Assembly (NCBI GenBank): GCA_016840855.1
Contig: JAEORO010000214.1
Location: 1-37,689 of the forward strand
Length of the DNA: 37,689 nt
DNA from: Candidatus Thorarchaeota archaeon
GTDB lineage: Archaea > Asgardarchaeota > Thorarchaeia > Thorarchaeales > Thorarchaeaceae
Direction: 5' to 3'
In this document: positions 8,475-16,959 of the stretch, piece by piece
How the letters are laid out: each line of letters begins with the position of its first letter
Position numbering within the stretch: position 1 is the first letter of the stretch
Made by a program: the position numbers and the translations under genes
The notes under the pieces: generated by a model
Told to the model about the DNA's origin: nothing
Seen by the model: the letters and a program-made list of their open reading frames with translations, nothing else
Databases searched by the model: none

Positions 8475-8534
8475 TATTGGATGTCCGATACATTTAAATG
8501 TATATATAGGATGTCCAATATTGGACACCCAATA
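8475..8534. promoter_or_regulatory. Bidirectional promoter with three 16-bp pseudo-palindromic operators
   Basis: TATTGGATGTCCGATA (8475), TATAGGATGTCCAATA (8505), TATTGGACACCCAATA (8519); perfect palindrome ATACATTTAAATGTAT at 8488-8503. Confidence 0.75.
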
Positions 8535-8548
8535 TAGATGGTGATTGA

Positions 8549-8692
8549 ATGGCTGAAAATAGAACTCATAAAAAAGCAGTTCCGAAATGTGGAATCAATA
8601 ATCAAATGAATTCTAGAAGGTCCTGTCAACTATCAGTGTGTGGTGACTATAAATTATCAGTAGAAAATCCTATGAAACTGGTGATAGCATGA
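8549..8692 (+). CDS. 47-aa three-cysteine peptide, translationally coupled to arsM; not in ORF track
   Basis: MAENRTHKKAVPKCGINNQMNSRRSCQLSVCGDYKLSVENPMKLVIA*; GGTGA RBS at 8540-8544; its stop overlaps the arsM start (ATGA, 8689-8692). Confidence 0.55.
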   Translation: MAENRTHKKAVPKCGINNQMNSRRSCQLSVCGDYKLSVENPMKLVIA

Positions 8693-9519
8693 CGAAAATG
8701 AAGAAAGTAAGTGAAATGAAACCTGATGAGATTAAAGATGCAGTTAGAGATGCCTACTCTCGTGTAGCGAAGGAAACCTGGACTCCGGATGAACAAACAC
8801 CAAATTGTAGTGATGCAAGTTGTGGTCCTGCACCAAGTCAAACATCCTCAAGTTGTTGTGGTCCTCAGCAAGAAGTCAAAGTCACAAGAGTAAATCTTGC
8901 AGAAGCTCTTGGATATGATACTGAAGGTATGCCAACAGGTGCTACTGAATCCTTCGCTGGGTGTGGAAATCCTGTTGCACTTGCTAGTCTCAAAGAAGGC
9001 GAGGTTGTCCTTGATCTTGGTAGTGGTGCTGGCTTGGATATGTTTGTTGCAAGTAAGAAGGTCGGCGAAACTGGAAAGGTAATTGGTGTAGATATGACTC
9101 CCGCAATGATTGAGAAAGCAAAGCAAAATGCTGAAGAATTAGGAATCACGAATGTTGAATTTCGCTTTGGTGATATTGAGGATATGCCAGTTGAGGATAA
9201 TTCTGTTGACGTTGTAATTAGTAATTGTGTCATTAACTTGGCTCCTGATAAAGGCAAGGTGTTTCGTGAAGCTTATCGTGTTTTGAAACCTGGCGGTCGT
9301 GTGATGGTGTCTGATATAGTCCTCTCTAAACCATTGCCACAAGAAATTCGAGATGAAGTTGTGACGTACACTGGCTGCATTGGAGGTGCAATTCTTGATG
9401 AAGAGTATCTTCAACACATGCGTGATTCAGGATTTCATGATGTCCGGATCACTAGCAAGGCTGGACAGAGTCTCTACGGTGCATATAGTGCATACATTGC
9501 TGGATCAAAGCCTGAGTGA
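8689..9519 (+). CDS. arsM: Arsenite S-adenosylmethionine methyltransferase
   Basis: GCGNP, VLDLGSGAGLD, SNCVINL, GCIGGA and N-terminal SCCG motifs. Confidence 0.92.
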   Translation: MTKMKKVSEMKPDEIKDAVRDAYSRVAKETWTPDEQTPNCSDASCGPAPSQTSSSCCGPQQEVKVTRVNLAEALGYDTEGMPTGATESFAGCGNPVALASLKEGEVVLDLGSGAGLDMFVASKKVGETGKVIGVDMTPAMIEKAKQNAEELGITNVEFRFGDIEDMPVEDNSVDVVISNCVINLAPDKGKVFREAYRVLKPGGRVMVSDIVLSKPLPQEIRDEVVTYTGCIGGAILDEEYLQHMRDSGFHDVRITSKAGQSLYGAYSAYIAGSKPE

Positions 9520-10346
9520 AGGAGAGTTATTTTTTGGATTTTGAGGTTAGTATGGAAACCAGCGGAAATCTTGTCAAAGTGCCTGTCGGTGTCAATGGTC
9601 AAGGTCCTTTCATCTTTGACCTAGACACTGGCGCATCAGCGACAACCCTTTCCAAAAAACTCGCTGAAAAGCTTGGAATCGAAATTCGTAAAAGCAATCG
9701 TTCTGATGCACGTGGTATTGGAGGAGGAGTCCCTACTGAATTCGCAGACGCAACCATCAATCTTGGCGCTCTTGAATTTGAAGTGGATGAGGTCTATGTC
9801 CTAGATCTTGACTCAATGTTACGTTGCGCTGGTGAGCACGGTGGAGTGTTAGGATATACAACTCTGAAGCATTGTACGATGTCACTCAGTTATTCTAAGA
9901 AACGCTTCAAATTGAGCAAAGGTAGTTCCTCATTAAACCTTGAATGGGGAAAGTTCCATTACATCCAAGACACGCACCTTATTGGAATTCCGGTTCATAT
10001 AAACGGAAGCGGCCCCTATGAATTCGTTCTCGATACTGGGGCTGGTAACAGTGTAGTTACGCCAGAACTAGCTAAGAAGCTGGGTCTTGAAGCCAAAGAA
10101 TTCCCTGGTATCGCCCGTGGAATTGGTGGGGATGTTCAACTAAAACTTGCTCCGGTAGAAACATTATCAGTTGGATCAGCACAAATTGAGAATACCCAAT
10201 TAGTCGTTGTAGATCTCTCGCTTGTGTCACCCAAGGGAAAACTGATTGATAATGGTATCATCGGATATGACTTTCTCAGGAATTTTGAAACTATCATCGA
10301 TTATCCCGAACAGCAGTTTTCGTTTATTGACGAGCGCGATTCGTAG
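9516..10346 (+). CDS. Aspartyl protease with two tandem retropepsin-like domains
   Basis: FDLDTGAS...GVLG and FVLDTGAG...GIIGYDFL. GTG start overlaps the arsM stop; alternative ATG at 9552. Confidence 0.88.
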   Translation: MKESYFLDFEVSMETSGNLVKVPVGVNGQGPFIFDLDTGASATTLSKKLAEKLGIEIRKSNRSDARGIGGGVPTEFADATINLGALEFEVDEVYVLDLDSMLRCAGEHGGVLGYTTLKHCTMSLSYSKKRFKLSKGSSSLNLEWGKFHYIQDTHLIGIPVHINGSGPYEFVLDTGAGNSVVTPELAKKLGLEAKEFPGIARGIGGDVQLKLAPVETLSVGSAQIENTQLVVVDLSLVSPKGKLIDNGIIGYDFLRNFETIIDYPEQQFSFIDERDS

Positions 10347-10395
10347 ACTTCGGAAGACACATAGGCAGATTTGTCAGAATATTTGAGCGGTTTTA

Positions 10396-11229
10396 ATGAT
10401 GAGTGAGGAAAGCACCTACCAAGGTTATGATGGTACTACAATGCTCTTGAGAATCTGGAAACCAAAGGGAGATCCCAAGGCGATTGTTCTCGGCCTTCAC
10501 GGTTTAGGGTCTCATAGTGGTCGTCTTGCATACTTAGGTGAAAGATTCATTTCGCATGGTTATACCTTCTATGCTCCTGATTTACGAGCCTTTGGTACGT
10601 TTCCAGGCCGCAAGGGTCATGTAGAGAGATTTGATGAATACATTGAAGATATAGAATCATTAGTGGCATACTTGAAACTCCTTCATCAAGACAAGAAGCT
10701 ATTTCTTTTTGGCCATTCTCTTGGAGCTGTTTTTATCATTCATTATGTTGCCAAACATCCAAGTGAAGCTGATGGAATCCTTATTCCAGCACCAGCAGTT
10801 TCAGAGCGGCTAAAAGTGGGTGGAGCTACAAGAGCAATTGCATCCTTCCTTTCCAAGCTCAATGTCAAGATTTACTTTAGTAACGGTCTTGATTATGAAT
10901 TGATATCAAGGAATCCTGAAATTGTAAAAGACAATAGGGAAGATCCACTCCGATTTGATAAAGCGACACCACGATATGCTATAGAGGGACTAAAGGCAAG
11001 TAAAGAAGCATTTGACTTGGCTAGTAGAATCACTACACCGGTTTTAGTTCAGCAATCTGGCGATGATTTAATCTTGGTTCCTGAACGTAACAAGGAGTTC
11101 TTTGATAATATTGCATCTGAGGACAAAACTTGGAAACTCTATCCTGGACTCTATCATGAACCTTACCATGAAGATGGAAGCGAAGAAGTCTTCGCTGATA
11201 TGTTCAAATGGCTTGAAGAACGAAGGTGA
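10396..11229 (+). CDS. Alpha/beta hydrolase, lysophospholipase/monoacylglycerol lipase-like
   Basis: HGLGSHSGR, GHSLG nucleophile elbow, GLYHE. Confidence 0.9.
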   Translation: MMSEESTYQGYDGTTMLLRIWKPKGDPKAIVLGLHGLGSHSGRLAYLGERFISHGYTFYAPDLRAFGTFPGRKGHVERFDEYIEDIESLVAYLKLLHQDKKLFLFGHSLGAVFIIHYVAKHPSEADGILIPAPAVSERLKVGGATRAIASFLSKLNVKIYFSNGLDYELISRNPEIVKDNREDPLRFDKATPRYAIEGLKASKEAFDLASRITTPVLVQQSGDDLILVPERNKEFFDNIASEDKTWKLYPGLYHEPYHEDGSEEVFADMFKWLEERR

Positions 11230-11250
11230 AATTGAAGAGATAAGTTCCTA

Positions 11251-11670
11251 CTAGTTTTTCCCAAATCCTTTCTCCTGCAGGAATTTACCAAATTTCTTAT
11301 CTATTGATTCAATATGCTTAACAAGCCAATTAATCAGGAATGTATTGATTGAATTACTGAGTGCCTCAGTTGCGCCATCCTGTTCAAAATCCTCTACCAA
11401 ACGGTCCAGTGTAAATGTGAATTCCTCATGCTGTTGCTTGTGAGGAACGAGTCCTGGATAATCTAGTTTCTTCATATGTCTCTCTTCAGTTGAGAAATGG
11501 AACTCAGTATAATCTATCAGAAAATCAAGTGTCTTCAGGATTTTTTCCAAACCACGTGCATGCTTAACAGCTTCTGATAAATCTTTGATCCTTAGTATAA
11601 GCATCTTGTGTTGTTCATCTATCAGGTCGATGCCAACAGAGTAACTATCATTCCATTCGATTTCTGTCAT
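11251..11670 (-). CDS. Bacteriohemerythrin
   Basis: WNDSYSVGIDLIDEQH, HFSTEE, HKQQH, WLVKHIESID. Confidence 0.93.
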   Translation of the reverse strand: MTEIEWNDSYSVGIDLIDEQHKMLILRIKDLSEAVKHARGLEKILKTLDFLIDYTEFHFSTEERHMKKLDYPGLVPHKQQHEEFTFTLDRLVEDFEQDGATEALSNSINTFLINWLVKHIESIDKKFGKFLQEKGFGKN

Positions 11671-11745
11671 GATTTGGTTTTCTCAAGTTACTAGTCATAA
11701 GGATTGTTCTATCGCTATAGTTCTGAACTTTAACTATGAAAAGCC

Positions 11746-11785
11746 TTTTATGCGCGCCGAAGATTCGACGCCGCCAAGCGTCGAG
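11746..11785 (+). promoter_or_regulatory. TATA box plus 16-nt motif GCCGCCAAGCGTCGAG
   Basis: TTTTAT at 11746-11751, 18-nt spacer, motif at 11770-11785; near-identical arrangement at 28445-28486 (-). Confidence 0.6.
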
Positions 11786-11831
11786 ATGACTTAAGATAAG
11801 TCTGTCTCTAATCCATCGAGAGTGACATTGA

Positions 11832-13748
11832 ATGAGCAAAACAAATAGAGTGTTCGCATTCCTTTTCCTGGTTCTCTTTGTGGTTAGTATAGCTACTCCA
11901 GTGGCGTTCCACAAGAACTTCATTCTGGACAAATCCCCAGACAGATTATTTGAACCAGCTTCTACAAATTATATCGTGGATATTACTGTCCGTAATGATG
12001 GGATGGCATTCAATGATGATGACTTTGACTTTCGGGTTAGGAATGGTACAATTGCACTGAACAATGCATTGGTGAGGCTTTACAATGTAACAACAGGTTT
12101 GTTCACTGGCTATGAGGATCAAACAGATGGTAATGGACTTGCACACTTCTCGAATCTGCCGCAAGGTGTCTATCAGTGGAACGTTTCACATCCCTTGGAC
12201 ACAATCACTCCGCAAAAGACTGGGCAAATTACATCTGATGGTCCTGAGGCAAGTGTCCAGATTCTATTTGGCAATATCGACTGGGAGAATGATGATGATG
12301 ACATCAATGCAACTGTACGAGATGTTGAAGGCAGGTTAGCTTACAACCTTAACTTTTCTGTTCATTATGCACTTAACGACTCGATTTGGGCACAGAGTGA
12401 AGTCATAGATGGAAAGGCTGGCTTTGAGGACCTTCCAGAAGGCACCTATACGTGGAAGGTTTCTGTCTTAGGTGGGACTACCTACGATGGCTATTTGCTT
12501 GCAAGTGGAACTGTTCAATCCAATGGGACTCAACTTCTAGAATTCCATAGTGTTGACCAACTGACTGGAAACTCTGATTACCTTGATTTAGAAGTCTTTA
12601 CATACTTTGAAACCAGTATTTCTCCAATTGTAGGTGCAACAATTGAAGTAACATTCAAGAATGGTACTTTCTACGACTCAAAGGTCACACCCGCAAATGG
12701 TACAGTGACCTTCATTGATCTTCCTATTGAATTCATCAATTGGACTATTACTTATATGGGCGAGCCTGTAGGCCTTGGCAATTACTCTTATGATTTAACA
12801 ACGGTTGAAGCGGATGTCAGAAACCCCATCATTACTTTAGCTGATGATCTTGAAGTCCTACTTGGGACAGAAAATGTAACTCTATCTTGGACGATAGAAG
12901 ATGAACATCCCGGCTCAATTCAAGTTTGGGTTAATGGAGTTCTAAATGTAACAACACCTTGGTTAAACACAACCTATGAGTATGTATACAATATCAGTTC
13001 CTCATTTTCGAACTTCATCATTGGCTACTATGAGATTAAATTAAAGGCAATTGATTTGCACTCTAATTATGCAGAAGATATTCTTACCCTTCGATTCTAT
13101 GAGAATGTCACTCCTGTAATTGAAGGTCCTGATCCATTGGAGTTCACTTTTGGTGAAAGAGGCCACTCACTCTCATGGAATGTTACTGATGAATATCCTG
13201 ACAAGTATGTCATTACAAAGGATGGCGAAAATTTCGCAAATGGCACAATCGACCCTGAGGAGCCAGTAATTACAATCAGTCTTGATGGACTTGGAGTTGG
13301 AGTGCATAATTTTACACTTTATGCAAATGATACGAGTGGAAATCTAGCTACCTATAGTGTATTGGTGACTGTGTTGGGTGATGATGTTCTACCAGTGATT
13401 ACGTATACTCCCCCTGATATTCACTATGCTCAAGGTGATAGGAATCAAGTCTACAGTTGGACTGCCACAGATGAATTCATGGACTACTATGTGATTCTTG
13501 TTGATAATGTAGTCGTCGTAACAGATGACTGGACAACAATGAATATTGAATTCGATTTCGGAGGGTTATCTCTGGGTCAGCACAATGTGACTCTACGAGT
13601 TTACGATACCAGTGGTAATATGGCTGAGTCCACGGTGAGGGTATTTGTTTCAGCATCAACAGCTTCAGTATACCTTACGTGGGCTATTCTAATCTCAGTA
13701 GGAGTCATTGCTGTAGTAGCCTTAATCTGGTTCATAAGATATCGTTAG
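11832..13748 (+). CDS. Membrane-anchored surface glycoprotein with repeated beta-sandwich/Ig-like modules
   Basis: Signal peptide; repeated LSW.V.DE.P...Y/H..TL.A.D..GN modules; many NxS/T sequons; C-terminal TM helix followed by RYR. Confidence 0.8.
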   Translation: MSKTNRVFAFLFLVLFVVSIATPVAFHKNFILDKSPDRLFEPASTNYIVDITVRNDGMAFNDDDFDFRVRNGTIALNNALVRLYNVTTGLFTGYEDQTDGNGLAHFSNLPQGVYQWNVSHPLDTITPQKTGQITSDGPEASVQILFGNIDWENDDDDINATVRDVEGRLAYNLNFSVHYALNDSIWAQSEVIDGKAGFEDLPEGTYTWKVSVLGGTTYDGYLLASGTVQSNGTQLLEFHSVDQLTGNSDYLDLEVFTYFETSISPIVGATIEVTFKNGTFYDSKVTPANGTVTFIDLPIEFINWTITYMGEPVGLGNYSYDLTTVEADVRNPIITLADDLEVLLGTENVTLSWTIEDEHPGSIQVWVNGVLNVTTPWLNTTYEYVYNISSSFSNFIIGYYEIKLKAIDLHSNYAEDILTLRFYENVTPVIEGPDPLEFTFGERGHSLSWNVTDEYPDKYVITKDGENFANGTIDPEEPVITISLDGLGVGVHNFTLYANDTSGNLATYSVLVTVLGDDVLPVITYTPPDIHYAQGDRNQVYSWTATDEFMDYYVILVDNVVVVTDDWTTMNIEFDFGGLSLGQHNVTLRVYDTSGNMAESTVRVFVSASTASVYLTWAILISVGVIAVVALIWFIRYR

Positions 13749-13841
13749 AAGGCATGACGGTAACCTATAGCCGTCAGCCTTTTATCTCTAACAATGAAGG
13801 TCTGCAGAGTAGCAACTCTTTTCGTTGTTCAATGAGTAACT

Positions 13842-15149
13842 ATGGTGAATATTGTGAGCTATATCCACATCGGTGACGTGTTAACAGGGAAATACGAAGG
13901 CAAAACAGTACACCTTCGTGGATGGGTCCATCGTATTCGGAAGCAAAAGAAGATGGTATTTGTCCTTCTACGTGATCCCTCAGGTGTTGTACAGACAGTC
14001 ATTAAGAAATCCGTGGTCAGTGAGAAAGAATATGCCGATGCAGAGAGGATGTTGATTGAATCTCTCGTCACAATGGTGGGTATTGTGAAAGCTGATGCTC
14101 GTGCTGAGGGAGGATATGAAATCCAAGTTGAGAAGTTTGAAGTCTTGCACTTCGCAGAGGAGTTCCCAATTACTGAACACCAAAGTATCGAATTCTTGAA
14201 TGATAATCGTCACTTGTGGATGAGGTCTCGTAAACTCACCAATGTACTCAAGATTCGTGATGAGGTGTTCCGGGCTACAAGAGAATACCTTAGAAACGAG
14301 GGTTTCTTCGAAACCACATGTCCGATGTTTGTGTCAACCATGGGTGAGGAAGGAGCAGAACTTTTCGAAGTTGAATACTTTGGAAAGAAGATGTATATGA
14401 CCCAAACGAGCCAGATGCATCTAGAACCCCAATTGTTCGCAATGGAAAAAGTGTTCATTTTAGCACCTTCTTTCCGAGCCGAGAAATCTCGTACCCGAAA
14501 ACATGTCACTGAATTTTGGCATCTCGAGGTGGAGGAGGCATGGTGCGATCATGAATGCAACTTGAAACGGCAGGAAGGTCTCATTAGTCATATGTGCCAC
14601 TCAGTCGCCCAGAACCGTTCCGCTGAACTCAAAGAATTAGAAATAGACCCAGAGCGGTTACTAGCTGTAAATCCACCTTTTGATAGAATGACCTACGAAC
14701 AAGCTATTAGATTTTGTCAAAAAGCTGGACTTGATATAAAATGGGGAGATGATATTCGCGCTGAAGCAGAGGAATTATTGACAAAAGACAGTGATAATTT
14801 CCTCTTTGTTGAATATTATCCCAAAGAAATCAAATCATTCTATATGAAACATAATCCCGACGACCCTCGGACATACAAAAACAGTGACCTTCTAGCTCCT
14901 CGTGGCTTTGGAGAGGTGATTGGGGGTAGTGAGCGTGAAACCGACGCGCAACGTTTGATTGACAATCTTCTCCGTATTGGAGATGATCCGGAGAAATACA
15001 AATGGTACATTGATATCCGCCGATATGGTAGTGTTCAACACTCTGGATTTGGTGTAGGGATTGATAGAATAATAACGTGGATGTTGAAACTCGACCATAT
15101 TCGTGATAGTATCCCATTTCCAAGGACAGTAAGTCGAATATTCCCATAG
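13842..15149 (+). CDS. asnS: Asparagine--tRNA ligase
   Basis: OB fold (LRGWVHRIR...LRDPSG), motif 2 FRAEKSRTRKHVTEFW, GEVIGGSERE, motif 3 HSGFGVGIDR, IPFPR. Confidence 0.93.
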   Translation: MVNIVSYIHIGDVLTGKYEGKTVHLRGWVHRIRKQKKMVFVLLRDPSGVVQTVIKKSVVSEKEYADAERMLIESLVTMVGIVKADARAEGGYEIQVEKFEVLHFAEEFPITEHQSIEFLNDNRHLWMRSRKLTNVLKIRDEVFRATREYLRNEGFFETTCPMFVSTMGEEGAELFEVEYFGKKMYMTQTSQMHLEPQLFAMEKVFILAPSFRAEKSRTRKHVTEFWHLEVEEAWCDHECNLKRQEGLISHMCHSVAQNRSAELKELEIDPERLLAVNPPFDRMTYEQAIRFCQKAGLDIKWGDDIRAEAEELLTKDSDNFLFVEYYPKEIKSFYMKHNPDDPRTYKNSDLLAPRGFGEVIGGSERETDAQRLIDNLLRIGDDPEKYKWYIDIRRYGSVQHSGFGVGIDRIITWMLKLDHIRDSIPFPRTVSRIFP

Positions 15150-15220
15150 CTATGGATTTCTCTTAGAGGCTCAGGTGTATCTTTTCTTTATCGGACACAC
15201 CTACTATTTGTATCTTGGAA

Positions 15221-15592
15221 TTACTGGTTTGTTATGAAGAGATACGTGTAAAGAAGTGCAAATAGTACATGAAGTCCAATAATACTCCATACCATGACAC
15301 TTACTACAGCTGTAAAGTATGCAAATAATTCAGCCACTACCATTAGGATAAATGCAAGATCAAATAGAATGAATATTGCCTGTCTAGTGTCTGAATGTTC
15401 TACATTCCGAACAAGAAATGCAAATACAGCTGCTGCTAGTATCCATGAGGCTGAGTGGCGTCCCATGGTCAGCCCTCCTTCGAGATATGATGCACCTAAT
15501 AGGTCCAGTATCATATCTGGCACAAACATAAGACTAATTCCAAAAAATAAACCCACGATAGTTGTTAGTAAGAAGACTGGTTTTGCTTGCAT
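15221..15592 (-). CDS. Hypothetical 4-TM membrane protein
   Basis: Four hydrophobic helices in 123 aa; GGGAG RBS upstream. Confidence 0.75.
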   Translation of the reverse strand: MQAKPVFLLTTIVGLFFGISLMFVPDMILDLLGASYLEGGLTMGRHSASWILAAAVFAFLVRNVEHSDTRQAIFILFDLAFILMVVAELFAYFTAVVSVMVWSIIGLHVLFALLYTYLFITNQ

Positions 15593-15758
15593 CTCAATCT
15601 CCCAGCATATTTGAGCAGAAGCTTGTATTTATTTATTTTTATAATTTGATTATTTGTCTATTCGATTCTTAGCAATATGAATTAACTTGCAGTAAAAAAA
15701 AGATCAGTTTCTCTGACGAGCACATTGTAATTATTTGTAGAATAAGGTGTGATTTGAT

Positions 15759-15998
15759 TCAAGAAGTCTCACTCGATTCCTGTTGCTTTTTCTCAATCAG
15801 CTCTGCTTGATGAATCCTGACCATTTGGATTGAATATACTAAACCCAGTCCCCCCACGACAACTCCGATTAGCCAGAGTGGACTAGCAAAAGGATGTGCA
15901 AAGATGAGTGTAAGTGTATATAGTAACAAACTGGCAAAGAATATTCCAAATGATACAAGTACTGCATAGAATGACCATGGCATTTGACTGAAACTCAT
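15759..15998 (-). CDS. Small 2-TM membrane protein downstream of ABC operon
   Basis: Two hydrophobic helices and a charged tail; ATG at 15998. Confidence 0.65.
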   Translation of the reverse strand: MSFSQMPWSFYAVLVSFGIFFASLLLYTLTLIFAHPFASPLWLIGVVVGGLGLVYSIQMVRIHQAELIEKKQQESSETS

Positions 15999-16062
15999 GC
16001 TTTCCACTCTCAACTCTCAGGATAACTGCAATAAAGACCTTGTCCAACTCAGAATCTGACAC

Positions 16063-16959
16063 TCACTGGTTAGACTGGAAATTATTATTCTCTTCATCTC
16101 CAGTGCTCAACGGACTTACTAGTAGTCCTTCTGAAGTTGCTTTTAGAACAACTCGTTTCTTGATTCCTGCTAAGCGTCTGATCGTTTCTGGAATCACCAT
16201 TCGCCCCTTCGCATCAATTTCCGTGATGTCACCATAGAGCGTGTGTTTCTGTCCCTCAATGAGACCATCTCTAATTCTCAAGACCCTATCTGCATACTCT
16301 GCAACTCGTGGATTATGGGTGACATTGATGATGGTTGTTCCAAATTCTTCGTTAGTCTTCTTCAGGGCTTCCATGACCATCTCAGTTGTTTCACTATCCA
16401 GCTCTCCTGTAATTTCGTCTCCCAGTAGAAGTTCCGGTTTGTTTGCTAGAGCCACGCAAATTGCACATCTTTGGTTTTCTCCTCCAGACATTTGATTTGG
16501 CTTATGGTGTGCTCTTGGACCCAGTCCCATTGTATCAAGTAACATCTGAGCTCTTTCATTTGCGAGCTTTGTTGGTGCGCCCGCGAGTTTCATAGGTAGA
16601 GTGACATTCTTGAATGCTGTTAGACCAGGTACCAGATTACCAACTTGCCAGATGAAACCGACTTTCTGTCGTCGATAGAGCATGGACCTTCTGTCATCAA
16701 GGATAGAAACGCTGTGACCATCAAAGAGAATCATTCCTGCTGTGGGTTTATCTAGTGCTCCCAACATCTTAAGTAAGGTTGATTTTCCTGACCCACTAGG
16801 TCCAACAATTGATAGGAACTCACCCTCACGCACTTCGAAGTCAACTCCTCTTAAGGCAATGACCTCTTTCTGTCCCCGCCTGTAGACTTTCATTAGGTCT
16901 CTAACAACAACCTTGTATTGCTCCGCGATTTCATCAAGATTTTCTGTCATGATTTTCAC
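16063..16959 (-). CDS. LolD/MacB-type ABC ATPase with C-terminal AbrB/SpoVT-like domain
   Basis: GPSGSGKS, MSGGENQR, LLGDE and VTHN motifs; tail TEIDAKGRMVIPETIRRLAGIKKRVVLKATSEGLLVSP. Confidence 0.9.
   Translation of the reverse strand: MKIMTENLDEIAEQYKVVVRDLMKVYRRGQKEVIALRGVDFEVREGEFLSIVGPSGSGKSTLLKMLGALDKPTAGMILFDGHSVSILDDRRSMLYRRQKVGFIWQVGNLVPGLTAFKNVTLPMKLAGAPTKLANERAQMLLDTMGLGPRAHHKPNQMSGGENQRCAICVALANKPELLLGDEITGELDSETTEMVMEALKKTNEEFGTTIINVTHNPRVAEYADRVLRIRDGLIEGQKHTLYGDITEIDAKGRMVIPETIRRLAGIKKRVVLKATSEGLLVSPLSTGDEENNNFQSNQ

Noticed and set aside
8468-8629. Longer N-terminus of PadR given in the ORF track
   Set aside because: It runs through the operator/TATA region and lies antisense to the 47-aa ORF. 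ATG 8467 fits a leaderless start.
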